A stretch of DNA of 64,000 bases from Saccharolobus islandicus REY15A (GTDB lineage: Archaea > Thermoproteota > Thermoprotei_A > Sulfolobales > Sulfolobaceae). Below the pieces are notes generated by a model. It was not told the origin of the DNA and did no database searches. It saw only the letters and a list, made by a program, of their open reading frames with translations. Positions within the stretch are counted from its first letter, which is position 1. Each line of letters starts with the position of its first letter. The DNA is taken from assembly GCF_000189555.1 (NCBI RefSeq), contig NC_017276.1; one strand, 5' to 3'. Below, piece by piece: positions 52,080 through 63,337 of this stretch. A program made the position numbers and the translations under genes.

Positions 52080-53237
52080 TTAAACCACAGCTTTAGCTGT
52101 AACAGTCCAGTACATCTTATTGTACATTATCTTTCCCCACCAATGTACATATGAAGGTGGTGGTGGACTCTCGTTCATAGTATAGCTGAATCTTATGTAA
52201 GTCGCTTGATCAGTGCCAGTAGCTATATAGCATAGAACATCTCCTCCATAGTGTTTAACTCCAAGATTACCCTTTATGTCGTTTGCAATATTGTGAGCAA
52301 CAACATAAGATTCGAAATCTGCAGTTGAACCTGCCTTAGAAACTGGCAAATCAGTAGCATCACCCATTACGTAAACGTTAGAGTGATCCTTCATTCTAAG
52401 TGTAAATTTGTCTGTTGGAACCCATCTCCTTCTATCACCTATTCCAGAGTCCTCAATAACCTTAGCACCCATATTGGGCGGTATGCCAATCAGCATATCG
52501 AACTTTAACTTCTCACCTTCTTGGGATTCTATAACTTTGTTACTAGGATCAACACTGGTTACCGTAAATGGTGAGTGAACCTCTATTCCTCTTTGTTCAA
52601 ATAATCTCAGCATAAACTTGTTAGTTATCGGCCTACCAAATACTCCTTGAACGGGATATGTGTAAATTATTTTAGTTTTATCCCTAATCCCTCTCTTTCT
52701 TAAATAATCGTCCAAAATTAATGTAGCTTCTAATGGAGCTACTGGGCATCTATGAGGTAGTTTTGCCGTGTTAACAACAATTGTACCTCCATCAAATTTC
52801 TCCAGTGCTTCCCTCATTTTAATAGCAGCATCATACTCGTATACCGTATGTGCAGCAGATCTATAGCCTGGAATCTCGTCCCATGTGTAATCCACACCCG
52901 TAGTTATTACCAAGTAGTCATAGTTATGTGACGCTCCATCCGCGGTTTGAACTGAATGATTAGCAACATCTATCTTACTAATCGTACCCTTCTCTCCATG
53001 TAGGAATTTGATTCTAGGATCCAGTAATTCGCTCTCTTTTCTAACTAATTCACCTGGAGTTTCGAGACCAAAACCAACTAATAGTTGTCCTGGCAAATAG
53101 ATGTGCTCATCTGATTTATTTAACGCTACTATTTCAACGTCTCCTCTATTAACCTCGTGTTCTAGCTTTTGAACTAATCTGTTTGCTACAATCGTACCCG
53201 CAACGTTTCCTCCTGCTATTATAATCCTTTTAGCCAT
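52080..53237 (-). CDS. Sulfide:quinone oxidoreductase / FCSD-like flavoprotein
   Basis: N-terminal Rossmann motif, [24 protein letters not shown]. Confidence 0.82.
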   Translation of the reverse strand: MAKRIIIAGGNVAGTIVANRLVQKLEHEVNRGDVEIVALNKSDEHIYLPGQLLVGFGLETPGELVRKESELLDPRIKFLHGEKGTISKIDVANHSVQTADGASHNYDYLVITTGVDYTWDEIPGYRSAAHTVYEYDAAIKMREALEKFDGGTIVVNTAKLPHRCPVAPLEATLILDDYLRKRGIRDKTKIIYTYPVQGVFGRPITNKFMLRLFEQRGIEVHSPFTVTSVDPSNKVIESQEGEKLKFDMLIGIPPNMGAKVIEDSGIGDRRRWVPTDKFTLRMKDHSNVYVMGDATDLPVSKAGSTADFESYVVAHNIANDIKGNLGVKHYGGDVLCYIATGTDQATYIRFSYTMNESPPPPSYVHWWGKIMYNKMYWTVTAKAVV

Positions 53238-53249
53238 TTACTTCATCTC

Positions 53250-53495
53250 CTATTTACTTATCAATAACACGTATTTGCTACCTTCTTGTGATTCTTGGAC
53301 GATCTTTAAACCCCTCTTCTTACTCCACAAAGTAATGTCCTTTTTAGTAGCATCATCACCCAAAATAACCTTAACTGCTTCGCCCTCCCTCAACTCATCA
53401 ACAACACTAGACAACTCACCAATAGGCCCAGCACATGAAGAACTAGTTAGATCAAGCTCCTTATATATCTTAAGACTACTCAATTTTTGACTCAC
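53250..53495 (-). CDS. TusA/SirA-family sulfur carrier
   Basis: LDL...CAGP; 81 aa; D...I..W. Confidence 0.85.
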   Translation of the reverse strand: MSQKLSSLKIYKELDLTSSSCAGPIGELSSVVDELREGEAVKVILGDDATKKDITLWSKKRGLKIVQESQEGSKYVLLISK

Positions 53496-53653
53496 CTATA
53501 TTCTATGTTACATTCATACTTTATAAATATTACGTTTATTTCAACAATATATTTTTTCAAGAATGTTATTACTTAATTTAGTTATACCTAAAATTACAAA
53601 TGTTTTTAAATTTAAGTATCTCTATACTGTATATAATTATACATAAAACTACA

Positions 53654-54016
53654 TTATGAAATTATAAGCTGGAAATCTTTGTTAATCAAATCAGTGAAAG
53701 CGTAATGATGTTCCTCATCTCCAATCAATTTTATTGTGTTAGATAGTTTATCCCTAATGTTCAAATGAGGTGGAGATGCGCAATAACCACACGCACCTAA
53801 TACAATGCCTTCTCTTAACGCCTTTTCATAGGCCGGTCTTAATCCTTTATAGGGACTTTCAGATACTGGTATTTTAGTACCTAATCCATCAAAATAGACG
53901 TAAACCTCATGTCCTTCTTTCTTAAGCTCTACTGCATAATGTAGGGCATGAGCTGCCCTTATGGATTCAGATAGATTATTTGGATCATCCATTATTACGA
54001 AAAGAAGTTTAGCCAT
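53654..54016 (-). CDS. DsrE-family protein
   Basis: A.H.A.EL, V.VYFDGLG, ACGYCA. Confidence 0.8.
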   Translation of the reverse strand: MAKLLFVIMDDPNNLSESIRAAHALHYAVELKKEGHEVYVYFDGLGTKIPVSESPYKGLRPAYEKALREGIVLGACGYCASPPHLNIRDKLSNTIKLIGDEEHHYAFTDLINKDFQLIIS

Positions 54017-54070
54017 GTTTATTATTTCTCTTAATTAGTTTTAAAATTAACTATTTTTGCTTATTATAAA

Positions 54071-55381
54071 TTACTCTTTAATAACTACCCTCTTAGATTT
54101 ACCCTCAAATCTAGGCAATGTGCCCAAACTTACAAACTCCACTTCTGGCGTTACAAATGCTACTGTTCTAATTTCTTCTATCAGTTTTTCAACTAACTTT
54201 TCTGATGGTTTCTCAGTTTCTACTTTAATTATTAATCTATTCTCTCTATTAGTCTTATCGACAACTATTTGAAACTCTTTCACTTCCTCGTAAGACATTA
54301 AAACATTAGCAATAGCAGTAGGGAAAAGCTTAACCCCTTTATAGAATATAACATCATCTAATCTCCCCTTTAACATTCTGATCTTAGGAAACGGTATTTC
54401 ATCATCGCTTTCAATAAGACTAGTGATATCTCTTGTCCTATATCGGATTAGTGGCATCGCCTCTTTACTAAGCGTAGTTATCACCATTTCTCCTTTTTCA
54501 TCTTCAGAAACTCTCTCACCGGTCTCTGGGTCAATAATCTCAACCAAATAATGATCAGTCCATATATGTAACCATTCGTGATTATCGTCTGGACACTCTT
54601 GCGCAACTCCTGGTCCTAAAGCTTCAGTCAAACCATAAATTTCTAATGCTCTTCCTCCCCTAGTCTTTAGGCTTAATTCATCCTCAATTCTCTTCAACAT
54701 CTCTTTCGTCATCGCCTCAGCACCGGGAATTGCTAGCCTAAGTTGCAATTCCTTCTCAGCATCTATGTTAAGTTTACGCAGAGTCTCAGCAACTAGTAAT
54801 TCGTAAGAGGGAGTACCAGTTATTACAGTAGTTTTAAAATCCTTTAATGCTCTAGCTAACGCTTCTGTTCTACCGGTACTCCACGGTATTACCTTTGCAC
54901 CTATTCTCTGAATACCTTGATGCAAACCTATCCCACCAGTGAATAGCCCGTAACCATAAATGTTCATAACAATATCGTTCTTTGTAACTCCGGCAGCGAC
55001 TAGACTTCTTGCCACGAGGTTCGACCACACTTCAACGTCACTCCAGGTGTAAGCGTTTACTGTAGGAATTCCCGTCGTCCCAGACGTCATGTGCCATCCA
55101 ACTAAATTTTCAAAAGGTACTGCTAAGAAATCACCACCATGTGGATAAGCATGCCTCCTTAGATCATCCTTATATGTAAAAGGAAGTTTAACCAAATCTT
55201 CTGGGGCTTTTATATCATCTGGCGTTAATCCCCTTTCTTTAAACAACTTATGATAATATGGGGAATTTTCATAAACTCTCTTGATTAAACTCCTAAGTCT
55301 AAATCTCTGAACCTCTCTAACCTCTTCCTTAGTTAATGCCTTGGGATCTACCTCGTTATAAGTTAACTTAAGGCTCATCAA
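54071..55381 (-). CDS. paaK: Phenylacetate-CoA ligase family protein
   Basis: TSGTTG, YGYGLFTGG.G, YGLTE, RYRTRD, GR.DD....GV. Confidence 0.88.
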   Translation of the reverse strand: MMSLKLTYNEVDPKALTKEEVREVQRFRLRSLIKRVYENSPYYHKLFKERGLTPDDIKAPEDLVKLPFTYKDDLRRHAYPHGGDFLAVPFENLVGWHMTSGTTGIPTVNAYTWSDVEVWSNLVARSLVAAGVTKNDIVMNIYGYGLFTGGIGLHQGIQRIGAKVIPWSTGRTEALARALKDFKTTVITGTPSYELLVAETLRKLNIDAEKELQLRLAIPGAEAMTKEMLKRIEDELSLKTRGGRALEIYGLTEALGPGVAQECPDDNHEWLHIWTDHYLVEIIDPETGERVSEDEKGEMVITTLSKEAMPLIRYRTRDITSLIESDDEIPFPKIRMLKGRLDDVIFYKGVKLFPTAIANVLMSYEEVKEFQIVVDKTNRENRLIIKVETEKPSEKLVEKLIEEIRTVAFVTPEVEFVSLGTLPRFEGKSKRVVIKE

Positions 55382-55761
55382 ACCACCTCGCCAATTATTC
55401 TCGTGCCATCCGTAATTAGTCTTACCTTCCCACCCACCTTAGGCTGGCCTTTAATCCACGCCATTAGATTTATCCCATCTTTCGCCCTCACTATTCCTAT
55501 AATGTAATCCTCATAATTTTCGAAACCTTGGGGTTTCTGAGATACTATACTATATGTCATTATTTCACCCTCATTAGATACCTTAATCCACTCCATCTCG
55601 TTCTTGCCACAATTGTAACAATCCTTTTGAGGGGGAAAGTAGACCGAACCGCAATTCTTACATCTAGTAGCTACGATTTCCCCTCGCTTTACAGCTTCAA
55701 TAAATTCGTCGGGGTACTTAATCTTGTACTTTATTGATAACGGTATTGCGTCTACTTGCAT
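55378..55761 (-). CDS. DUF35 Zn-ribbon/OB-fold protein (thiolase partner)
   Basis: CKNCG...PP...C..C; directly after the thiolase. Confidence 0.88.
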   Translation of the reverse strand: MQVDAIPLSIKYKIKYPDEFIEAVKRGEIVATRCKNCGSVYFPPQKDCYNCGKNEMEWIKVSNEGEIMTYSIVSQKPQGFENYEDYIIGIVRAKDGINLMAWIKGQPKVGGKVRLITDGTRIIGEVV

Positions 55762-55767
55762 TCAAGA

Positions 55768-56931
55768 TCACCTTCTTAAAACCATAACATATGCAAAGTG
55801 ACCAGTACCGCCTACATTGTGGACAAGCCCGATATACTTTTTAAGAGGCTGTTGTAATTTGTCAGCCTCATCCCTCAATTGTTTAGTTATCTCGTAAATC
55901 ATCGAAAGTCCAGTAGCCCCTAATGGATGTCCCTTAGCTTTTAGACCACCGAATAAATTCACTCCTACTTTGCCTCCTTTCTCGCTTTGCCCCTCTTCTA
56001 TGAACTTGCCTCCCTTTCCCTTTTCTGTAAAACCTAAATCTTCATATCCCATTATCTCAGCAATTGTAAATGCGTCATGTACTGTTGCTACTTCAATATC
56101 GTTAGGAGTTACCTTAGCCATGTTATAAGCTTGCCTTGCCGCCAATTGAGTCGCTTTAAATCCAACCCACTCTCCCCTTCTTGCAACGTAAGCATAGTCA
56201 TTCGCATAACCAATTCCAGTTATCCAAACCGGGGAATCAATTTTCAATTCCTTCACTTTCTCCTCTGATGCAAATATTGCAGTGGCCGAACCATCACTTA
56301 TGGGACAAGAGTCAAGTAGCTTTATTGGCCATGAGATTGCTCTGGACTTGAGAACTTCTTCTACGGTGACTGGTTTTTGAAAGTGGGCTTTAGGGTTCAT
56401 TGCACCGTACTTATGCGCTTTTACCGAAACTAGAGCCATCTGCTCTTCAGTCGTACCATAAACTGCCATATGTCTTGTGGCATAAAGGGCGTAATAGGTT
56501 GGGAAGGTGGTTCCATAAAAGTGGTATTCCCATTGATAATTACCCCCTCTACCTCCTATTGCCAACGATGTTGAAGTGTCAACTTCAGTCATCTTATCAA
56601 CTCCTACAGCAATTGCCATATCAACTAAGCCTGAAGCGACAGCGGTATATGCAGATAAGCTTGCGGCTAATCCCGTAGCACACATTGCCTCTACACGTAA
56701 GGGAACCTTCCCTGTCAATCCAGAGTATTCAGCAACAATTGGAGCAGGGTATAATTCTATACCCCTATAAGCAGTACTACCTACAACGACTAGTTCTATA
56801 TCAGTTTGAGATACGCCACTATCATTTAATGCTTCTTTAATAGATTCCCAAGCTAACTCTTGAACGGAAACGTCATCTCTTCTCCCGAATTTTGAATTAC
56901 CTACTCCTATTACAGCGACTCTTCTTGTCAT
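55768..56931 (-). CDS. Thiolase (SCP-x/archaeal acetyl-CoA acetyltransferase type)
   Basis: EAMCATG, HDAF, GHPLGATG, HNVGG. Confidence 0.92.
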   Translation of the reverse strand: MTRRVAVIGVGNSKFGRRDDVSVQELAWESIKEALNDSGVSQTDIELVVVGSTAYRGIELYPAPIVAEYSGLTGKVPLRVEAMCATGLAASLSAYTAVASGLVDMAIAVGVDKMTEVDTSTSLAIGGRGGNYQWEYHFYGTTFPTYYALYATRHMAVYGTTEEQMALVSVKAHKYGAMNPKAHFQKPVTVEEVLKSRAISWPIKLLDSCPISDGSATAIFASEEKVKELKIDSPVWITGIGYANDYAYVARRGEWVGFKATQLAARQAYNMAKVTPNDIEVATVHDAFTIAEIMGYEDLGFTEKGKGGKFIEEGQSEKGGKVGVNLFGGLKAKGHPLGATGLSMIYEITKQLRDEADKLQQPLKKYIGLVHNVGGTGHFAYVMVLRR

Positions 56932-56992
56932 ATTGGACTAACCAAGATTTCTTACAATACTAAACTATATAAACTTTTGTGAATAGTACTAT

Positions 56993-57790
56993 ATGCGGGT
57001 GAATTACATATATATGTATAGTACAATACAAATAGAAGCTAGAGAAAATATAGCAATTATAAAACTTAACAGACCAGATAAGTTAAATGCAATCAATTTC
57101 CAGATGGTTGATGAATTAGTTGATGCCTTGAATAAGTTAGATAGTGATGACAAGATTAAGGTCATAATAATAACAGGAAATGGTAAAGCGTTTTCTGCTG
57201 GAGCAGATGTTAAAGAAATGCTGGAAACACCTCTCGAGGAGATAATGAAAAAGGGTCATATGCCATTATGGGAAAAATTGAGGACATTTAAAAAACCAGT
57301 GATAGCTGCATTAAATGGCATTACAGCTGGAGGTGGGCTGGAATTGGCAATGGCTTGTGATATCATAATTGCTTCAGAATCTGCAAAATTAGGTCAACCG
57401 GAAATAAACTTAGGAATCATGCCAGGAGCAGGGGGAACTCAGAGATTAACTAGGGTATTAGGAAAGTATAAGGCTATGGAGCTAGTACTCACTGGGAAGT
57501 TAATTGACTCTAAAGAAGCGGAAAGATACGGTTTAGTGAACAAGGTAGTACCAGATAATGCGTTAATTGACGAGGCAATTAGGTTAGCAAAGGAAATAGC
57601 TGAAAAACCAATGATATCCCTAATGTTAGCCAAAGAGGCTGTTGCCAAAGCATGGGATACCTTACTACAACAAGGATTGGATTTCGAAAGAAGGAATTTC
57701 TATTTGGCTTTAAGCTCGGAGGAAGCTAAAGAAGGTATGAGAGCGTTTTTAGAGAAGAGAAAGCCCAGGTGGGAGAATGATAAAAGTTGA
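56993..57790 (+). CDS. Enoyl-CoA hydratase (PaaF-like)
   Basis: FSAGADV, GGGLELA, PE..LG..PGAGGTQRL; start may be 57014. Confidence 0.9.
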   Translation: MRVNYIYMYSTIQIEARENIAIIKLNRPDKLNAINFQMVDELVDALNKLDSDDKIKVIIITGNGKAFSAGADVKEMLETPLEEIMKKGHMPLWEKLRTFKKPVIAALNGITAGGGLELAMACDIIIASESAKLGQPEINLGIMPGAGGTQRLTRVLGKYKAMELVLTGKLIDSKEAERYGLVNKVVPDNALIDEAIRLAKEIAEKPMISLMLAKEAVAKAWDTLLQQGLDFERRNFYLALSSEEAKEGMRAFLEKRKPRWENDKS

Positions 57791-58526
57791 AAATAGGGAA
57801 GGTTATGCAATAGTTATAATGACTAGAGCTGATAAATTAAACGCATTAAACTTGCAAATGAGAAATGAATTGATATCAAAACTTAAGCAAATTAACGCGG
57901 ATCCGAAAATTAGGACTGTAATAGTAACTGGAGAAGGAAGAGCATTCTGTGTGGGAGCTGACGTAAACGAGTTCGCTCCCGATTTCACCATTGACTTACG
58001 GGAGACATTTTATCCAATAATTAAGGAGATTCGTTTCTCAGATAAAATCTATATAGCTGCAATAAATGGCATTACAGCTGGAGCTTGTATAGGAATAAGC
58101 TTATCTACAGATTTTAAATTCGCCAAGCGTGGTGTGAAATTCGTTACTGCATTTCAAAGACTTGGGCTAGCTTCAGATACTGGAGTAGCCTATTTCCTTT
58201 TGAAGTTGACTAGAGATCAAAGAGCTTATGAAATAGCTGTCCTAGGTGGGGAATTCACTGCTGAAGAGGCTGAGAGATGGGGATTATTAAAGGTATCGGA
58301 AAATCCGCTTCACGATGCTGAGGAGATGGCGAATAGAATAAATAATGGACCATTTCAGTCTTATATTGCTGGAAAGAGGATGGCTAATCTAGTATTATAT
58401 AATGATCTAGAAAGGTTCTTAGAGTACGAATCCGCCATACAAGGTTATTTAGGCAAAACGGAAGATTTTAAAGAAGGTATATCATCGTTCAAAGAGAAAA
58501 GAGAGCCTAAATTTAAGGGAATTTAA
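57777..58526 (+). CDS. Crotonase-family isomerase (PaaG-like)
   Basis: FCVGAD, AGA, F..LGL..D.G with Asp in place of the catalytic Glu. Confidence 0.75.
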   Translation: MIKVENREGYAIVIMTRADKLNALNLQMRNELISKLKQINADPKIRTVIVTGEGRAFCVGADVNEFAPDFTIDLRETFYPIIKEIRFSDKIYIAAINGITAGACIGISLSTDFKFAKRGVKFVTAFQRLGLASDTGVAYFLLKLTRDQRAYEIAVLGGEFTAEEAERWGLLKVSENPLHDAEEMANRINNGPFQSYIAGKRMANLVLYNDLERFLEYESAIQGYLGKTEDFKEGISSFKEKREPKFKGI

Positions 58527-58907
58527 ATGCTGAAAGAAAGTCCTTTCCTTAAATTTCTTGACATAGAATTAGAGGAGATAAGGGAAGGCTATGCTAGAGT
58601 TTCTGGAGTTATAACTAAAGATTTCCTAAACGTACATAACACTGCCCATGGCTCGTTTATCTTCGCTATTGCTGATGCCGCTTTCGAGTACGTTAGTAAC
58701 TTTACCCGTGATTCAGTAGCCTTACATATGGATATTGATTTTAGAAGACCTGTAAAAGAAGGAGAGAAAGTCATAGCAGAGGCATTTGAGGAGAGTACCG
58801 GAAAAACTACTTCTCTATATAAAATAATTGTAAAAAATGAAGAAGGAAAGCTTGTAGCATACGTTACTGCCTTAGTTTATCATCTAGATAATAAGAGAGA
58901 AATCTAA
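58527..58907 (+). CDS. Hotdog-fold thioesterase (PaaI-like)
   Basis: N.H.TAHGSFIFAIAD motif. Confidence 0.85.
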   Translation: MLKESPFLKFLDIELEEIREGYARVSGVITKDFLNVHNTAHGSFIFAIADAAFEYVSNFTRDSVALHMDIDFRRPVKEGEKVIAEAFEESTGKTTSLYKIIVKNEEGKLVAYVTALVYHLDNKREI

Positions 58908-59004
58908 TTTCCCTCCTTTTTATAATGTGCCTAATCTTCATAATTTCGTAAAGTATCTGGAAAAACTTATATATTAGAATTAATGACATATATATGGTGA
59001 ACGG

Positions 59005-60015
59005 ATGGATATAAATTATGAGAATGATCCAATATATCCAGAGAATAATGTGTATCCACCAACATGGGAGTTTGATGACGAGAAAGCTATGAGACTTTAT
59101 AGGAGAGCTAAAAAGGAGCAGTGGGACGAGGAAGATTTAAACTGGAAAAAGTACGAGGAAATAGTTTCAGGCCTTGATAGAAAACAGAGATTGGCGTTAG
59201 CGTACTGGTGGGCTCTGCTATCTAACTTCGATAATGCGACACCGGTATTCGCTTACGCATTAGTTAAAGCCAGTGAAAGGAGTCTACCAGTAACTATCAG
59301 AGCTCTCCTAACAACCATAACTTATGATGAAAATAGGCATAACGTATTGTGCGGATTTGCAATAGATAAGGCTATGAAAGGATTTCCCTTTAATTTCAAA
59401 CCGCAGGATGATTTGGAAAGAAAGGCTAAACTTAATGTCGAGTGGGTTTGGTGGAATGGTTCTAGATATTGGAAAGGTTATGTTGAAGCTTATAATAAAT
59501 ACACATTGGATATTTTATTTACCTCATTTATGATGGGCGAAGCAGCAGCTACAACAGTATTTAGCGGAATGAAGGATAAGACTAAAATACCTACCTTTAA
59601 GGATGCCTTCAGAAATCTAACTGTAGACGAGACTAGACATTATGCTTTTACTCATCTTATATTAAATAATAACTTGAATAAGATGAATGAAGAGAAGAAA
59701 ATGTTTGTAACTAAACAGATGAGAGCTGGATTTGTATTCCTATCACTGATAACTTATAAGCCTCCTAAGGAGTTCTGGAAATTACCTCCTTGGTATGAGG
59801 AGGTACATGAGAAAATGGAGGAGCTAGCAATTGATGCTGGTTTAGGATTACCAACAATAGAGGAGAGAGAAAGGATATGGAGAGAGGCTGTAGCGAGAGT
59901 TGCTAGCAATGTTAAGAGGTTTAACGTTAAGGTTCCATCAATGCCAGAGATTGGCATAAATGGGGACGAGGATATAGAACTAAAAGAAGACGATTTAGTA
60001 GCTGCAATATTCTAA
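59005..60015 (+). CDS. Ferritin-like carboxylate di-iron protein (R2/R2lox/PaaA-like)
   Basis: D...DENRH...E...DETRH ligand pattern; RLYRRAKKEQW N-terminus. Confidence 0.75.
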   Translation: MDINYENDPIYPENNVYPPTWEFDDEKAMRLYRRAKKEQWDEEDLNWKKYEEIVSGLDRKQRLALAYWWALLSNFDNATPVFAYALVKASERSLPVTIRALLTTITYDENRHNVLCGFAIDKAMKGFPFNFKPQDDLERKAKLNVEWVWWNGSRYWKGYVEAYNKYTLDILFTSFMMGEAAATTVFSGMKDKTKIPTFKDAFRNLTVDETRHYAFTHLILNNNLNKMNEEKKMFVTKQMRAGFVFLSLITYKPPKEFWKLPPWYEEVHEKMEELAIDAGLGLPTIEERERIWREAVARVASNVKRFNVKVPSMPEIGINGDEDIELKEDDLVAAIF

Positions 60016-60057
60016 ATTCGCAAACCTTTTTAGTAGGTCTTTAATTTTTATATATTA

Positions 60058-61002
60058 ATGGAGAAGAATATGAGGAGAAGAATTCAGAAGATTAAAGGTG
60101 GCAGTTACATAATAACATTACCTCCAGAATGGGTTAGGAGAAATAGCTTAGATGCTAAAAGTGAGGTTTTTGTTATAGAAAAAGATGGAGAATTAGTAAT
60201 AAAACCTATAAGAGATTACATTACCAAGAAGACCCTTGATCTTGATCTTATTGATTTAGAAACTAGCAAATACTTGATAACAGTATACTACATGCAAGGG
60301 ATTTCAGAAATAGAAATAACATCTAAGTCTGTAATATCAGCCTCTATAAAAGATGAGCTGAAAAATTTGCAATTGTACTTGCCAGGTTTAACAATTGAGA
60401 GTGAAAGTTTTAACTATATTACATTTAAAGTTCAAGATAGTTATAACACCAATCTGGTTGAAAGGATGAAAACTTTCTCTAGTAAATTATTGAGACTACT
60501 GGAGGATCTGGAAAAGATAATTGAAAATCCTAACAAGGAAATGGCTGTAGATTTGAAAAATCGAGCTGAGGAGTTAAATAAATTATACACTTCAATAATA
60601 AGGGAAATAGCCATAGTTTCACAAAAAGAGGAGGAATTTGAGATAAAAAATCTACCCACTAGAGATTTAATACTCTATGCTATAGCAATGCGTGACATGG
60701 GAAGAATGCTATCTCATATAAAAACCGCATCCCTAGCCGTAACTGAATGTATAAACACATCCAATAAAGAACTAAAATTCATAATTAAAACCATCGTGAA
60801 TATGTTTAAGAGATCTCAAGAGGTGTTTTTTGATAAAGATATAGATCACATAAGGGATATAAGGGAAAGTATGAAAGAAATAAACAAGATAGTGTATGGA
60901 AACGAGATAGAATGTAAAGAACTGGCAAGAGAGTTGGCTAGAATAGCGAGCTACTGTGTAGCTCTAATGGATGATGGAGTGCATAAAAGTGTTAAGATAT
61001 AG
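60058..61002 (+). CDS. AbrB-PhoU family regulator
   Basis: RRIQKIKGGSYIITLPPEW AbrB-type domain followed by helical PhoU-like repeats. Confidence 0.8.
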   Translation: MEKNMRRRIQKIKGGSYIITLPPEWVRRNSLDAKSEVFVIEKDGELVIKPIRDYITKKTLDLDLIDLETSKYLITVYYMQGISEIEITSKSVISASIKDELKNLQLYLPGLTIESESFNYITFKVQDSYNTNLVERMKTFSSKLLRLLEDLEKIIENPNKEMAVDLKNRAEELNKLYTSIIREIAIVSQKEEEFEIKNLPTRDLILYAIAMRDMGRMLSHIKTASLAVTECINTSNKELKFIIKTIVNMFKRSQEVFFDKDIDHIRDIRESMKEINKIVYGNEIECKELARELARIASYCVALMDDGVHKSVKI

Positions 61003-61145
61003 TGTAGATATTTCTCTACGATAAGATCAAGTAAATTTTAATTCGTAAAGTCCTATCATTATTATTTTAAAAAAGTCTACATATAAACGATGCATATTTC
61101 CATAAATTTTTTAAACATAGAATGATAAGCATCTTGGGATTATAA

Positions 61146-63332
61146 ATGTCTAGCCTAAAGGGTTTAGCTTTTTTATTAATAATTTTAACAAGCATGATTA
61201 TACCATCACTATTTTTCTTACAAACTTCAGCACAAACATCACTCACAATATCTCCATCAAACTCATCTATACTTGTCGACGTTTCCCAAGTAGCGCCTCC
61301 AGATGCACTTGACCCAGCGACTGGGTTTTACGTTCAAGATGGACCATTATATCAAGCAATCTTTCAAGAGCTAGTGGAATATAACGGTTCGAATTACTTA
61401 CAAGTTGTCCCAGTTATAGCCCAGAACTGGTCAACAACAAACTATGAGAACTGGACATTCTACATCAGACATGGAGTATACTTTCCAGATGGAGTACAAG
61501 TAAATGCTAGTACTGTTTGGTTCTCTTTTTACAGGGTTATACTAATGGGACAAGGTCCTGGTGTGGCTAACTATATTGAACTATTATTCAATTCAACTCA
61601 GTATGGGCAGACTGGATATGCCTTACCGTGGGGTGTCGCAGCAGCAATACAAAATGTTACTGGATTACCAACTACTAAGAACGCAACGCTAGCTGCGAAG
61701 GTACTTGCATCGATACTATCCCATTTCAACGCTGCAAACACTACAATACAGAAAATCATGGAATACCCGTATCAAGCAGTAGTGGTTGAGGGGCCTTATA
61801 AGGTTAAGATAAGTACACTTGAACCCTATAGGTATTTCCTATTAGATATAGCTAGCTGGTGGGGAGCGATAGTTAATCCAGTCTTTATTGATGAACATGG
61901 CGGAGTTCAACCAAATACTCCTAACTCATATATTAATGACAATGGCATGGAAGGGACTGGTCCCTATGTGATCAAAAGTGTGGGACCTAGTTTATCTGAA
62001 ATTGTATTAGTGAAGAATCCAAACTACTGGGCTAACAATTTATCTAACATACCAGTTGTAGCTCAACCTGGACATATATCAGTTATTGACATAAAATACG
62101 GATTAAGCCACAACGCTAGAGTGGAAGATTTTGCAACGAATCAAGCTCAAATTTCATATGTTAGCTTACCATTCCTACAGCAGATGTACTCTGCATATCA
62201 GTATAATAAATATGTAAGTTTCAATCAAATATTTTTGAATTTAGGTTATGAGGCAGCAGTATTCTATATCGCAATGAATACACAAATCTTCCCTACTAAC
62301 ATTACTGCATTTAGACAAGCAATAGTTCACGCTATAAACTATACTGCAGAGTTAGATATATTCAAATTCCAAAATCAAACACTAGCAATAGAGTATTTAG
62401 GTCCAATATCTCCAGTATTCCCACTGTATAATGAAGTTATGCAATTAGATAATTTACATCCCTACACCTATAACTTATCCTTAGCCTTACACTACTTGAA
62501 TGAAGCTGGATACGAGGGACACTTCTATGTTGTGTTGCCTAATGGAACTACGATAGGTAATCCCAATGGTAAGCAATTAGGCACATTAACTATATATGCT
62601 TTAGCACCTGTGAATGAGTTAGAGCAAGAGCAATTAACAATAGTTCAGGATAGTTTACAAAAGATAGGGATTTCGACATCAATACAATATGTCTTACCTT
62701 CCGTAACAGACAACTGGATAACACCAAATGGTACACCAGCGCTAATAGATTTAGGGTGGTTCCCAGATTGGCCAGATCCGATTTTCCAGGAATTAATGGC
62801 ACAAACTGATGTATTATATGGCGGAATATCTGGAGATTTAGCTTGGGTTAATATTTCAACATTACAGCAAATATATGAGAATTTACCATTCTTAACAAAC
62901 CAGACACAACAAACTTTAGAGGTTGCTAAAGTATATCAAATATTGTATCAAGAAGCGCCATACGCTTGGTTACCAAACCCTGTAGTATATTACTTTGTCC
63001 AGCCTTATGTGAAAGGATTTGTATACAACCCATTTATAGGCTATTACTATAACTTAATGTACTATCAACCATATACTGTAACCATATCAACTTCAACTAG
63101 CATAACCTCTTCTTCAACTACAACTTCTTCACTTACTACTACAACAACTACAACAAGTACTGTAACTACTACAACAACTCAAGTAACTACTACTACTACA
63201 ACAACAACTACCTCATCTTCACCATCCACACTAATTTATGCAACAATAGGAATAGTAGTCGTGATAGTTATAATAGTAGTTGCGATAGTCCTCTTAAGAG
63301 GAAGAGGTAGAGGAGGAGGCCCAGGATTTTAA
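61146..63332 (+). CDS. Oligopeptide ABC transporter solute-binding protein (OppA/DppA-like)
   Basis: LDPA, GTGPY, GW.PDWPDP; S/T linker, C-terminal TM and RGRGRGGGPGF tail. Confidence 0.9.
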   Translation: MSSLKGLAFLLIILTSMIIPSLFFLQTSAQTSLTISPSNSSILVDVSQVAPPDALDPATGFYVQDGPLYQAIFQELVEYNGSNYLQVVPVIAQNWSTTNYENWTFYIRHGVYFPDGVQVNASTVWFSFYRVILMGQGPGVANYIELLFNSTQYGQTGYALPWGVAAAIQNVTGLPTTKNATLAAKVLASILSHFNAANTTIQKIMEYPYQAVVVEGPYKVKISTLEPYRYFLLDIASWWGAIVNPVFIDEHGGVQPNTPNSYINDNGMEGTGPYVIKSVGPSLSEIVLVKNPNYWANNLSNIPVVAQPGHISVIDIKYGLSHNARVEDFATNQAQISYVSLPFLQQMYSAYQYNKYVSFNQIFLNLGYEAAVFYIAMNTQIFPTNITAFRQAIVHAINYTAELDIFKFQNQTLAIEYLGPISPVFPLYNEVMQLDNLHPYTYNLSLALHYLNEAGYEGHFYVVLPNGTTIGNPNGKQLGTLTIYALAPVNELEQEQLTIVQDSLQKIGISTSIQYVLPSVTDNWITPNGTPALIDLGWFPDWPDPIFQELMAQTDVLYGGISGDLAWVNISTLQQIYENLPFLTNQTQQTLEVAKVYQILYQEAPYAWLPNPVVYYFVQPYVKGFVYNPFIGYYYNLMYYQPYTVTISTSTSITSSSTTTSSLTTTTTTTSTVTTTTTQVTTTTTTTTTSSSPSTLIYATIGIVVVIVIIVVAIVLLRGRGRGGGPGF

Positions 63333-63337
63333 AGTCA

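Noticed and set aside
63090-63225. ACT/ACA-rich periodic tract (also near 20590-20760) as a CRISPR or satellite
   Set aside because: It encodes Thr/Ser linkers of the SBPs and has no repeat-spacer structure.
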